Source: Candidatus Bathyarchaeota archaeon
GTDB taxonomy: Archaea > Thermoproteota > Bathyarchaeia > Bathyarchaeales > Bathycorpusculaceae
Direction: 5' to 3'
Assembly: GCA_963815095.1 (NCBI GenBank)
Contig: CAWFFH010000003.1
Location: 448,001-512,000 of the forward strand
DNA length: 64,000 nucleotides
Under the pieces are notes generated by a model, which saw only the letters and a list, made by a program, of their open reading frames with translations, had not been told where the DNA came from and ran no database searches. Position numbers and translations under genes: made by a program. Positions 41,338 through 50,797 of the stretch are shown here, one piece after another (the stretch's first letter is position 1; the number at the start of each line of letters is the position of its first letter).

Positions 41338-41572
41338 AAATTTTTTCACCTAAATTTTTAGAGAGGTATCTAAGGGTTTTTTGTTTCGTTAAAACGATTT
41401 TTTGACGGGGTGCGCCTAATCTCAAATAGCTAATCGTTGTTACGCTTTCAATGAAGGCAATCGCCTTGTATGAACGCAATCCCTCATCATATACCACTGG
41501 AAGACACCTGAACCCCTGTCTTCCTAATAAATCTGTTTCCACATATTTAACTGTCGGATTCTAAAATAGACT

Positions 41573-42148
41573 CTATTTACGGTTTTTAAGCTCAAAAACC
41601 ATCGGAGGCACCGAATTTCGAGTCTCCAGTTCCACGCCCAGTAAACTTTCCATGATGCCCTTCCAAATCTCACAATCATTAATGAAAGGCGATTTCAAAA
41701 GCAAAAACTTGTCTTTAAGATAAAAATCACCGAACCCCTGCACTTTTAGCCTATTGAATACTGCGTCCCAAGTCTCCTGTTTGCTTGAATCTATTCCAAG
41801 GGTTGATTCAATGAAAACTTTTAGGGCATCACCCATTTTTCCGCCGACCTCATGCCATTTGTCCTTGGAAATCTGCTGGGTCAGTATATTAAGTAACTCA
41901 ACATTTACGAAAGCGGTGCGACTTATTCCACAGTAGTATTCGCCTGGGAAGTGCCAATCGTAAATCATCATGCTCTTGTAGATGTCAAGCATTTTGGAGA
42001 TGAGAGGTTTTATTCCGGGTTCTTTGCCTTCTTTGATTAGTGATTCGATGAATTCGCGTTCGCCCTTTTCTAATATGATTGTTGTTCTTTTTGCTTCTTC
42101 ATTCTTTTCTTTTGGCGCATTAGATAGGTTTCGTTTGCTATCGAGCAT
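41573..42148 (-). CDS. hypothetical protein, possible RHH-type regulator with ligand-binding domain
   Basis: N-terminal 'KRTTIILEKGEREFIESLI' resembles a ribbon-helix-helix; C-terminal part resembles V4R-like domains. Confidence 0.55.
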   Translation of the reverse strand: MLDSKRNLSNAPKEKNEEAKRTTIILEKGEREFIESLIKEGKEPGIKPLISKMLDIYKSMMIYDWHFPGEYYCGISRTAFVNVELLNILTQQISKDKWHEVGGKMGDALKVFIESTLGIDSSKQETWDAVFNRLKVQGFGDFYLKDKFLLLKSPFINDCEIWKGIMESLLGVELETRNSVPPMVFELKNRK

Positions 42149-42269
42149 AGAGTCTATTCTTACTGGAATATCTAATATGCCTTATGTATTCAGCAAGCAT
42201 ATTCAAAATTAAGGTTTTTCTCTAAAAATCAAAGAATCTTAATAAAACAGGTTCTGCCTCTAAGGTGCC

Positions 42270-42324
42270 GCCGATGAAGAACCTAATTAGCTGATTTGAT
42301 GATGCACCCTAGGGTATCTGAGGC
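42270..42324 (+). ncRNA. box C/D methylation-guide sRNA
   Basis: C box ATGAAGA 42274-80, D' CTGA 42291-94, C' TTGATGA 42296-302, D CTGA 42318-21, terminal GCC/GGC stem; intergenic. Confidence 0.75.
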
Positions 42325-42329
42325 AACGT

Positions 42330-42564
42330 TTATTCAATTACTTTCTTTCGGATAAGGAACAATAACAACACTAAACCAACTAGGAACAGCACAAGCACCA
42401 AGTGAGATAGATGCAATGTACTCAAAGTGGAGCACATCTGACAACAAGTATGGAACATAAGTTGGACCAACAAAAATCAAGAACACTGAAACTATCGTCA
42501 TTGCCACTTTCATGAATTTTGAGTCTAATCCGCTAACTTTTACATTTTCAATATCTTTAGTCAT
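42330..42564 (-). pseudogene. small 2-TM membrane protein with an apparent 1-nt frameshift
   Basis: After 'IASISLG' an alternative frame reads LVLFLVGLVLLLFLIRKKVIE*, a typical TM plus basic tail. Confidence 0.55.
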
Positions 42565-42578
42565 CGACGCCTATCTTC

Positions 42579-43247
42579 CTACTCTTCAGGTGCATTGTTT
42601 TCTACTAAACCTTCTTTTATCTCTTTTCCTAATGACTTCATTAAAAACTTAAAAACCAAGAAGCCAGCGCCCCTATCAGCCTTAAAACCCATAGTTGTAC
42701 CCAGCAAACTGATGCCATCGATCTTTCTTTCTTTCGCTAACGCAAGTGTAAGCCCTGTTCCGCCAACAATTCTGCCCTTACTGTAGATGACTGCGCCTTT
42801 TTCCATAAATTCAGTTGCCAACCGCGGCGATGTAGCAGCGATGTAAACCTGAGTCTTATCTTCAGTTATAGGTACTCCACCCATGGTTACGATGAATTTG
42901 CAACCTAAAGTTTCAACAAAATCAAGTACTGAATCACAAACGGTGTAATGCGCCACTACATCATCAAACGAAGGCTGAATTTCACCAGTCATGATTACTA
43001 GATTGTTCTTTTCCATAGGAGCATAGTAGAACTCGTAACGTGGCAAATGAGCAATGCCCTTTGAGCTGATCGCAACGTAATCTGGAAAAGAAGGCGAATA
43101 CAGCTCAGCAAATGGTTTGGCATCAAAGAACTTTATGAGCAGATGCGCTGCAATTCTGCCCACGTTTCCAAAACCCGGCAATCCTTGAACAAAAATTGGG
43201 TTTTCAAGAGTCGGAGTCGAAAGTCTACGTAAATACGGCTTATCCAA
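42579..43247 (-). CDS. PAC2-family proteasome assembly chaperone
   Basis: QGLPGFGNVGRIAA, ELYSPSFP, TGEIQP, TMGG. Confidence 0.85.
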   Translation of the reverse strand: MDKPYLRRLSTPTLENPIFVQGLPGFGNVGRIAAHLLIKFFDAKPFAELYSPSFPDYVAISSKGIAHLPRYEFYYAPMEKNNLVIMTGEIQPSFDDVVAHYTVCDSVLDFVETLGCKFIVTMGGVPITEDKTQVYIAATSPRLATEFMEKGAVIYSKGRIVGGTGLTLALAKERKIDGISLLGTTMGFKADRGAGFLVFKFLMKSLGKEIKEGLVENNAPEE

Positions 43248-43378
43248 AGCAAACCATCCGTCCATACAAAGAATGTTCGACACTAAAATCCTTTTGCCGA
43301 CGAAAGAGAAAAGAAACTATTAATATTTGATAATTGAACTAATAGGATGCACCCAACAATATGGTGCATATAAATCGT

Positions 43379-43457
43379 AGCGGGGTGGGGTAGCCAGGAT
43401 TAACCCGCTGGGCTCATAACCCAGAGATCAGTAGTTCAAATCTACTCCCCGCTACCA
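43379..43457 (+). tRNA. initiator tRNA-Met (CAT), CCA encoded
   Basis: AGCGGGG/CCCCGCT acceptor stem with A1-U72, CTGGG-CTCATAA-CCCAG anticodon arm with 3 G-C pairs, GTTCAAATC T-loop. Confidence 0.95.
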
Positions 43458-43584
43458 ACAATCCTTTCCTGCACATTTCTATTGGGAGTTTTACATTTGG
43501 CTTTTTTGTTCAAGCTCTAAATACACGGTTGTTTACTGTAAAAGTAAATAAACAGGTTGAACTTACATTAAAGAAACTTCACGA

Positions 43585-45399
43585 TTGGTGAATTCAGTGA
43601 AACGAACAATTACAACCCTCTTAATAGTGGCTTTCTCGTTAATGGTTATTTTACCAATTGCTTTGCCTTCTGGCCTTGTTTCTGCCCAAACCAGCGGCTA
43701 CACCATCAATCAGGTAGATCACCAAATTCAAATAATGTATTCCGGGCACGTCGTTATACTTGATACAATTCATATTTCTGGAACGGTGTCTGATGGCTTT
43801 ATGATTGGGTTACCATATAAGTACAGCGCCGATGTCCTCCAAGCGATAGCATTCGACGAGACTAATGTTTACCAGATGAATTTAGGAGTCCAACTGGGCG
43901 ATCGAAGTGGATTTTACGGTGCAACAGTCAACTTTAACGGAAACACCCCCAGCGTTTTCACCGTTGCTTTTATCCTATCCAATCAACTCCTAACCGAACA
44001 AGGCACTAATGGCGATACACTGGACTTTCCAGCCTACCCCAGTTTAACCCAAGATGTCGGTCTCTGCAACGTTACGATTTCTTTTCCAAGCTCGCCCACT
44101 AGCATAACAGTCAACAAGGATGACGGAGTTATTAACAACGCAGTTTACACAAAAACAGACCTGCCAGCATACACTTATGCTCCAGCAACAGCTATTTTCC
44201 AGATTCCCGTAGGAACTGTACAATTAACAACGATAAACAACATAAACCGCCAAATAACCATCGATCCAACAAGCAAAGTAACTGCTTCTGATAGTTACCA
44301 AATCATCAACAACTCTACAAATACACTAAAATCCTTCGTTCTAAGTTTACCTTTCGACGCAACTAATGTAGCGATAACAGACGAATTCGGAAGAACCTTA
44401 ACAACTGACCTAGGACATTCTTCAACGGGAGGCATATTCCTCGCAAATGCCACCCTAATAACATTCATATCAAACGGACTGTCAACGACATTAACGGCCC
44501 AGTACAATTTGCCCAGCGCAACCCTTCAAGGATCCAACTATGTACTATCAGATTTTAAGCTCTTTCCAAACTTCGCTTACTACGTTGATAAAGCAACCGT
44601 AACATTTACCCCACCTGAAGGAGCAACAATTGTCACTCCGCAAGCATCATCACTTGATTCATCTTCAACCTTAACAAGGCAAACTTACCAAGATACTCTC
44701 GCCATAACAAAAAACGGCTTAAGCTACGTGGACTATCTTGCCCCACAACAAAACGCCCTCCAACTGGCCTTCAATTACAATCCAGTTTGGGTTTCTCTGA
44801 GGCCCACTTTTTGGGCATCACTTTTGGCAGTAATCGGATGTGTTGCTGTGTTTTTCGTGAGTAGACACAAACCCAAAGAGGAAACATACGCAGAAAAAAC
44901 TGAGCGACTATCAACACTTGAACCAGCAACGACAGCCACGATAGCAAGGGGCGCCGAGACCAAAACTAACCAACAAGCTTCTTCAAGCACCGTTAAAGAA
45001 TTCATTGATGCATATGAGGATAAAAAACAGTTAACTAACGAATTAAAAGCGATGGATGCAAAGGCACAGAAAGGAAAGATTCCAAGGCGACAATACAAGG
45101 TTCAAAGAAGAGCTATAGAGGTCCGTTTAGAAGGCATAAACAGAAATATAGAAAGAATCAAGGAAACTTTCAAGAGCACAACTGGCGGTTATTCTGATTT
45201 GGTCAAGCAACTAGATTTGGCTGAAGCAGACTTGGTTGAAGCAGAAGAAAACATCAAAAACTTGAATTTGCGTCAAAGTAAGGGAGAAATTTCGCTTGAA
45301 GTCTATAAGAGCAGCATCGGAGACTACCAGAAACAGAGAGACAAAGCTGAATCAGGTATAAATGGAATCTTGCTGAGATTACGTGAAAAAATCCGTTAA
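43585..45399 (+). CDS. type I membrane protein, ribophorin-I-like
   Basis: Signal peptide, two beta-rich extracellular domains, one TM, cytoplasmic helical/coiled-coil tail. Confidence 0.6.
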   Translation: MVNSVKRTITTLLIVAFSLMVILPIALPSGLVSAQTSGYTINQVDHQIQIMYSGHVVILDTIHISGTVSDGFMIGLPYKYSADVLQAIAFDETNVYQMNLGVQLGDRSGFYGATVNFNGNTPSVFTVAFILSNQLLTEQGTNGDTLDFPAYPSLTQDVGLCNVTISFPSSPTSITVNKDDGVINNAVYTKTDLPAYTYAPATAIFQIPVGTVQLTTINNINRQITIDPTSKVTASDSYQIINNSTNTLKSFVLSLPFDATNVAITDEFGRTLTTDLGHSSTGGIFLANATLITFISNGLSTTLTAQYNLPSATLQGSNYVLSDFKLFPNFAYYVDKATVTFTPPEGATIVTPQASSLDSSSTLTRQTYQDTLAITKNGLSYVDYLAPQQNALQLAFNYNPVWVSLRPTFWASLLAVIGCVAVFFVSRHKPKEETYAEKTERLSTLEPATTATIARGAETKTNQQASSSTVKEFIDAYEDKKQLTNELKAMDAKAQKGKIPRRQYKVQRRAIEVRLEGINRNIERIKETFKSTTGGYSDLVKQLDLAEADLVEAEENIKNLNLRQSKGEISLEVYKSSIGDYQKQRDKAESGINGILLRLREKIR

Positions 45400-45465
45400 A
45401 ACACCTAAACCCTTTTATTTTACTCATCAACTTTTGGAGTAAAATATCCCAGAGGTAAGACAAAA

Positions 45466-45645
45466 ATGGTAAAAATTGTTGTCGATCCTAAATGCACTGG
45501 ATGCGAAACTTGTGTCAACACTTGCCCAGTTGGCGTATACGAAATCAAAGCCGGCAAGTCAGTGCCCAGCAAATCGAGCGAATGCCTTGTTTGCAGAGCA
45601 TGTGAAGCACAATGTCCCGAAGGTGCAATTCAGGTAGTCGAATAA
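45466..45645 (+). CDS. 2[4Fe-4S] ferredoxin (not in the ORF track)
   Basis: MVKIVVDPKCTGCETCVNTCPVGVYEIKAGKSVPSKSSECLVCRACEAQCPEGAIQVVE; GAGGT SD; downstream hairpin and T-tract. Confidence 0.92.
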   Translation: MVKIVVDPKCTGCETCVNTCPVGVYEIKAGKSVPSKSSECLVCRACEAQCPEGAIQVVE

Positions 45646-45752
45646 AATAGGTTCTATCTAATCTCTCGTTAGCTGAGAGAGTTTTCCCTTTTATTAGTCA
45701 ACTTTTTTTCGCGAACATTTTTAAGACAAAAGAACTAGCCAAAAGTTTTTTG

Positions 45753-45863
45753 TTAGTCTTCGATGTTTAGTAAAAACTCAACTATTCGGGCAAGTTGCTT
45801 TGCCGTCGCAATATCTAGGCTTTGTTCTGCCTCTATATCAACGAGCGTGTTATTGGTTTCCAT
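45753..45863 (-). CDS. small acidic protein, 36 aa
   Basis: METNNTLVDIEAEQSLDIATAKQLARIVEFLLNIED preceded by GGGTGA SD. Confidence 0.5.
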   Translation of the reverse strand: METNNTLVDIEAEQSLDIATAKQLARIVEFLLNIED

Positions 45864-46097
45864 AGTTCACCCTATTGGCTGCTTTTGTTATAACAATATC
45901 TCTGGCGTGTACTTCGAAGTTCGAAGTTAAAGGAAAACACAAGTTGACGTTTTAACATTTCCATGTAAATTTTAAGGAAATAGATACGGTTTGATACATG
46001 GAAATTTACTGGAAACAAGTCAATCCATGTTTTCGCCCGAAAAATAAACAGGTAAATTAAGTAAAAGTTATATGCCAAAATAACACTAAAATATAGT

Positions 46098-46373
46098 ATG
46101 CCAGACAAAGTTCATTGTTGCCATATATTAGTTAAAACACTAACAGAGGCGCAAAACGTCAAAGCCCGTCTCGATAAAGGTGAAAAATTCGGCGCCGTAG
46201 CCCAACAAGTTTCCCTCTGCCCCTCAGGAAAGAAAGGCGGAGACCTGGGGACATTTACAAGAGGAAAGATTGTTAAGGAATTTGAGAAAACCGCTTTCGA
46301 ACTCGAGAAGGGTCAAACTTCTGCCCCTGTCAAAACACAGTTTGGCTACCACATTATAAAACGAATAGAATAA
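46098..46373 (+). CDS. parvulin-type peptidyl-prolyl isomerase
   Basis: HILVK, SLCPSGKKGGDLG, PVKTQFGYHII. Confidence 0.92.
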   Translation: MPDKVHCCHILVKTLTEAQNVKARLDKGEKFGAVAQQVSLCPSGKKGGDLGTFTRGKIVKEFEKTAFELEKGQTSAPVKTQFGYHIIKRIE

Positions 46374-46433
46374 ACTAACGCACTCAGGTCAAGTTTATTC
46401 TGAGAACAGTTTTCCTTTTTAACAATTTATATA

Positions 46434-47198
46434 ATGATATTGCAGGAATTAAATGTGAATAGACGATATCTTAAGTTACCTCCAAAGAAACATTCATTCT
46501 ATTTGGTTTGTTTTGCGTTTCTTTTGGGCTTTTTGCTTGTGACATTTTTTAGAGCAAGTTTCCATTCGCTTGATGTTTCAGTTAACCTGTGGATACCCTT
46601 GATCCAATCAAAGGCTTTGACGTTAGTTGCTCAAGGAGTCGCGTTAATCTTTGACACAATCAGCCTCGTCATAATTTCACTCATAATTTCTGCATACCTT
46701 TTTCTGAAGAATTACAAGTCACACGGTCTGCTACTATTGGGGGCGATTGGCAGCGATGCCCTAATTGTTTCGATTCTAAAAACTGTAGAGCATGTTGTCA
46801 GACCAACAAATTCAATTGTTCCCGATTCGGGTTTTTCGTATCCGAGCGGTCACTGTACCGGGTGTATTGTTTTTGGTGGGGTACTTGCTTATTTTGCTTG
46901 GCGGCACTGGGAAAGCACACGTTCAAGGGCGATTATAGGTAGTGGCATGGGCATAGTGGCTGGTGTTGTGGGTTTTGATAGGCTATATTTGAATGTTCAT
47001 TGGGTAAGTGATGTGTTAGGCGGGTTATTGTTTGGGGCGTTTTGGTTGTCTTTTGTAATTTTATTGTTTAGGCAGGTTAAGCAAACCAAAAGGTTTGAGT
47101 CGGATAGATTTGATTTTGTGGCCAACTTGCTCTATCTTGCTGCGGTTATGGTTTCGGTTTTTGTTATTTTGTTTAGCTTATATGGTAATTTCTTGTAA
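46434..47198 (+). CDS. PAP2-family membrane phosphatase
   Basis: K...RP, SYPSGH, RLYLNVHWVSDV. Confidence 0.85.
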   Translation: MILQELNVNRRYLKLPPKKHSFYLVCFAFLLGFLLVTFFRASFHSLDVSVNLWIPLIQSKALTLVAQGVALIFDTISLVIISLIISAYLFLKNYKSHGLLLLGAIGSDALIVSILKTVEHVVRPTNSIVPDSGFSYPSGHCTGCIVFGGVLAYFAWRHWESTRSRAIIGSGMGIVAGVVGFDRLYLNVHWVSDVLGGLLFGAFWLSFVILLFRQVKQTKRFESDRFDFVANLLYLAAVMVSVFVILFSLYGNFL

Positions 47199-47349
47199 TT
47201 GTGGAGTAGACGACGTATCTTCTGCGCGGCATCCTACAAAGCAAATTTGCCGGTAGCAAAGGTTCAACAGGCCATAGCTGCAATTGCGGCCACGGCCACA
47301 GCTAACCATTATTGTTAGCCATTAACGTCTTTTCTTTTTGCAATCCCGT

Positions 47350-48048
47350 TTATGGTTTGTCTGGTAGAGGCATTGTGACTTTTTCTTCTGCAGGCAACTT
47401 CTCTGAGAATGCGCCAAGCAATACGTTTTCAGCAAAAAGGTCCTCATTGAATGCTCCCATAAACTCTACTGTTTCGTTGATTATTATCTTTGGAACCCCA
47501 ATTACGTTGTATTTCATGGCTAAGTCGGGGAATTCGCTGCTTTCTATAACGTCGGCTTTGACCATGTCGCTTTCGATGGCTAATTTATGTGCGACGGCGG
47601 CTGCGGCGGGGCAGTGTGGGCAAGTTAGAGTGACGAAGACTTGGATATGGACAGGCAATTTTACATCAGACAGTATCTGTTTGGTTTTGTCGGAGAGGTC
47701 GGTTTTGCCCTTTGAAACATTAATGACTGCCTCAATTAGCGTTTGAAGTTCATACCCATAGGGAATTCCATATATTCTTACGCCATAATCTTTTTTGCCT
47801 ATTATTGCTAATGCTGGAATCTTGTCAATCCCATATTCCTTAGCTTTAGCTCCGTCAGCAACAAAATCGTAAACTTCCGTCGTTATCTTGCTATTAAGAG
47901 TAGATAGTTCTTCAGCGAGTTTTCTTGTGTCCGAACAGTATTTGCACTCAAACTCCTGAGTAAACATGACAATTCTTACTGGATCTACTAGTTTTTCCTC
48001 AAAATCTTTCTTAAGCAATTCTTTTTTGTCGTCGGGTAATAAACTCAC
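47350..48048 (-). CDS. protein disulfide oxidoreductase (PDO, two thioredoxin folds)
   Basis: CKYC and CPHC motifs, YGIPYGYE, VIGVPK; GTG start after GGAGG. Confidence 0.9.
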   Translation of the reverse strand: MSLLPDDKKELLKKDFEEKLVDPVRIVMFTQEFECKYCSDTRKLAEELSTLNSKITTEVYDFVADGAKAKEYGIDKIPALAIIGKKDYGVRIYGIPYGYELQTLIEAVINVSKGKTDLSDKTKQILSDVKLPVHIQVFVTLTCPHCPAAAAVAHKLAIESDMVKADVIESSEFPDLAMKYNVIGVPKIIINETVEFMGAFNEDLFAENVLLGAFSEKLPAEEKVTMPLPDKP

Positions 48049-48211
48049 GTTTCTGCCTCCGCAAAAATGTTTGCCAATATGGCGTCTACCAGTAGACTTT
48101 GTTGTTTCCGACATATAACTGTACAGATTGAGGAGAGTTTGGGAACGAAAGTCATATTAAGAGATTTCACGAATTTTTCTTTGATAAGTCAAGTTTTGGA
48201 GAAAGATAAAC

Positions 48212-49399
48212 ATGGTTAAAGTTACCTTAAAGGATGGAGTATACTGGGTTGGCGTCATTGATTGGAACATACGGGACTTCCATGGCTATATAACAAACCG
48301 AGGAAGCACCTACAACTCATACTTAATTCAAGATGAAAAAACAGCCTTAATTGACACAGTGAAACATCAATTCTCCGAAGAGCTTGTACGAAAAATCAAG
48401 GAAATAATCCCGTTTGAAAAAATCGATTATATAATTGTTAACCATGTTGAAATGGACCATTCAAGCAGTTTACCCGAAATCGCCAAATTGGCCGTTAACG
48501 CCAAAATCCTCTCTTCAGTTAGGGGCAAAGACGAATTAATCGAGCATTATGGCAAAGAGTTTGAACGGGTGGAAACAGTCAAGTCTGGTGACGAAGTCAA
48601 ACTTGGAGGTAAAACTCTTCGTTTTGTTGAGGCACCGATGCTTCACTGGCCTGACAGCATGTTCACTTATCTTGTGGAAGATAAGATTTTGATGCCTAAC
48701 GACGCCTTCGGCGAGCACCTGGCATCTTCCGAGCGGTTTGATGATGAAGTGGACCAGCATATTCTGATGGAAGAGGCCACTATGTACTACGCTAACATCC
48801 TCATGCCGCTATCACCTCTGATTGTGAGGAAGATTCAGGAGGTAATCGCTATGCATATTCCTATCGATATGATTGCACCTAGCCACGGCATAATTTGGCG
48901 TAAAGACCCGATGAAGATAGTTAATGCTTACCTTGACTGGAGCCAAAGCGCAACCAAAAACAAAATTGTCATTGTGTTTGACACCATGTGGAACAGCACT
49001 GACAAGATGGCAAGAGCCATAGGCGAAGGAGCTGCCAGCTTAGGCGTTGATGTTAAATTGCTTAAGCTTCGTTCCTACGCAATTTCTGAAGCTATGACCG
49101 AAATCCTAGATGCCAAAGCCATTTTGGTTGGTTCACCGACACTAAATAATCAAATGTTTCCAACACTGAGCGCATTTCTAACATATGCCACCGGGTTGAA
49201 ACCTAAAAACAAAGTATGGAGCTTCTTTGGTTCATATGGTTGGGGAGGCGGAGCGGTAAAAGGTATGGCCAAAGTTGCTAAGGAGGCAGGCTTTGACGTT
49301 GTTGAGCCAGGTCTAGAAATCAAATTTGTACCTGATGAAGAAGATTTGAAAAAATGTTTTGAATTTGGGCAGCAAATAGCCCAAAAACTCAAAACATAA
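48212..49399 (+). CDS. fprA: flavodiiron protein (FprA)
   Basis: HVEMDHS, HWPDSM, DAFGEH, PSHG, flavodoxin domain FGSYGWGG. Confidence 0.93.
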   Translation: MVKVTLKDGVYWVGVIDWNIRDFHGYITNRGSTYNSYLIQDEKTALIDTVKHQFSEELVRKIKEIIPFEKIDYIIVNHVEMDHSSSLPEIAKLAVNAKILSSVRGKDELIEHYGKEFERVETVKSGDEVKLGGKTLRFVEAPMLHWPDSMFTYLVEDKILMPNDAFGEHLASSERFDDEVDQHILMEEATMYYANILMPLSPLIVRKIQEVIAMHIPIDMIAPSHGIIWRKDPMKIVNAYLDWSQSATKNKIVIVFDTMWNSTDKMARAIGEGAASLGVDVKLLKLRSYAISEAMTEILDAKAILVGSPTLNNQMFPTLSAFLTYATGLKPKNKVWSFFGSYGWGGGAVKGMAKVAKEAGFDVVEPGLEIKFVPDEEDLKKCFEFGQQIAQKLKT

Positions 49400-49406
49400 C
49401 ATTTTC

Positions 49407-49910
49407 TTAATTTATTTTCATGAATTTGTCTTTAGCAGTAGCACAGATCGGGCAATTGTCGGGTGTTGTGCCTTCGAAGGTGTTTCCGCAGACGGGACAA
49501 ACGAACATGTCTGCTTTTGGCAGTTCTTTTTTGTTTTTGAGTGCGTCTAGTGCTTTTTGGTAGAGGTTTGCATGGATTTGCTCAACCTGGTTTGCATAAT
49601 TGAAGCTAACTTCTGCTTTTTTGTTTCCTTCTTTTTTGGCTTCGGTAATAAAATCAGGGTACATCGTTTTGAACTCGTAAGTTTCCCCCGAAACTGCGGT
49701 GCCGAGGTTGTCAAGGGTCGATTTGACTTGTCCCATAACGTTTAGGTGGTTCAGGGCGTGGACAGTTTCGGCTTCTGCCGCTGCTCTAAAGAGTTTTGCA
49801 ATTTGGGTTAAGCCTTCTTCATCGGCCTTCTTAGCAAAAGCCAAATACATTCGATTAGCTTGAGATTCGCCTGCGAAAGCAGCTTTTAGGTTTTCATCAG
49901 TTTTAACCAT
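49407..49910 (-). CDS. rbr: rubrerythrin
   Basis: AFAGESQANRMY, ETVHA, GETYE...MYP, C-terminal CPVC...CPIC. Confidence 0.93.
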   Translation of the reverse strand: MVKTDENLKAAFAGESQANRMYLAFAKKADEEGLTQIAKLFRAAAEAETVHALNHLNVMGQVKSTLDNLGTAVSGETYEFKTMYPDFITEAKKEGNKKAEVSFNYANQVEQIHANLYQKALDALKNKKELPKADMFVCPVCGNTFEGTTPDNCPICATAKDKFMKIN

Positions 49911-50119
49911 AAAATTCACTGGAAAATAGTAAAGTGACAAGCTGGTAATAAGCTATACCGTACCTTTCAAAAGTAGTGTTTTAAGATCACGCGACCCTCA
50001 CTGATGAAGACCTTCTCTCCCTTTTGTAAAGCGACCAAAAAGGCGATCACTAAGAATCCAGTAAGGTAAAGTATATTAGTTGTTTTTTCCTTTGGAAAAG
50101 GGTGATTTTGGTGAATTTT

Positions 50120-50734
50120 ATGGAAAAAATAAAATCTTTTACTCTACCCAAATTGCCCTATGATTACAATGCGCTTGCACCGTATATTTCAGAGGAACAA
50201 CTAAAACTCCACCATGACAAACATCATCAGGCCTATGTAACCGGCGCCAACGCTATCTTTGAAAAAATCGACAAAGCACATCAAGAGAATGTTGCATTAG
50301 ACACCAAAGCAGTTGCAAAAGAATTATCCTTCCACATTGGCGGTCATATGTTGCACACGACTTTTTGGGAGAACATGGCTCCAGCAGGCAAAGGCGGCGG
50401 AGGACAACCAGGCGGAGCAGTTGCAGATATGATTAACATGGGTTTTGGAAGCTTTGATCACTTTAAAAAGCAGTTCTCAATGGCTGCTAATAGTGTTGAA
50501 GGTTCGGGATGGGCAACATTAGTCGCGCACCCGTGCATTGGACGGCCTCTAATCATGCAGATTGAAAAACACAATGTGAACGTTTTCCCTAATTTCCAAA
50601 TTTTGATGGCATTGGACGTTTGGGAACACGCCTACTATGTTGATTACAAGAACGACCGCGCCAAATTCGTGGAAGCTTTCTGGAACCTTGTAAACTGGGA
50701 CAAAGTCAACAAAAACCTTAGCCTTGTAAAGTAA
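50120..50734 (+). CDS. sod: Fe/Mn superoxide dismutase
   Basis: [25 protein letters not shown]. Confidence 0.95.
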   Translation: MEKIKSFTLPKLPYDYNALAPYISEEQLKLHHDKHHQAYVTGANAIFEKIDKAHQENVALDTKAVAKELSFHIGGHMLHTTFWENMAPAGKGGGGQPGGAVADMINMGFGSFDHFKKQFSMAANSVEGSGWATLVAHPCIGRPLIMQIEKHNVNVFPNFQILMALDVWEHAYYVDYKNDRAKFVEAFWNLVNWDKVNKNLSLVK

Positions 50735-50797
50735 GCTTTTGCTTACTTTTTCTTTGTTTTGTTTTATAAAAAAATTAAAGCGCTTAAGAAAGCGCGC

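Noticed and set aside
41440-41490. His-rich attenuator leader peptide
   Set aside because: The uORF MMRDCVHTRRLPSLKA has a single His
47180-47345. Cys-rich short ORF (MVSCGRGRNC...) or a Cys-TGA selenoprotein on the minus strand
   Set aside because: No SD or SECIS seen; overlapping frames look like a decayed signal-peptide gene
50001-50060. Hammerhead ribozyme at CTGATGA
   Set aside because: No stem II followed by GAAA and no matching stems I/III
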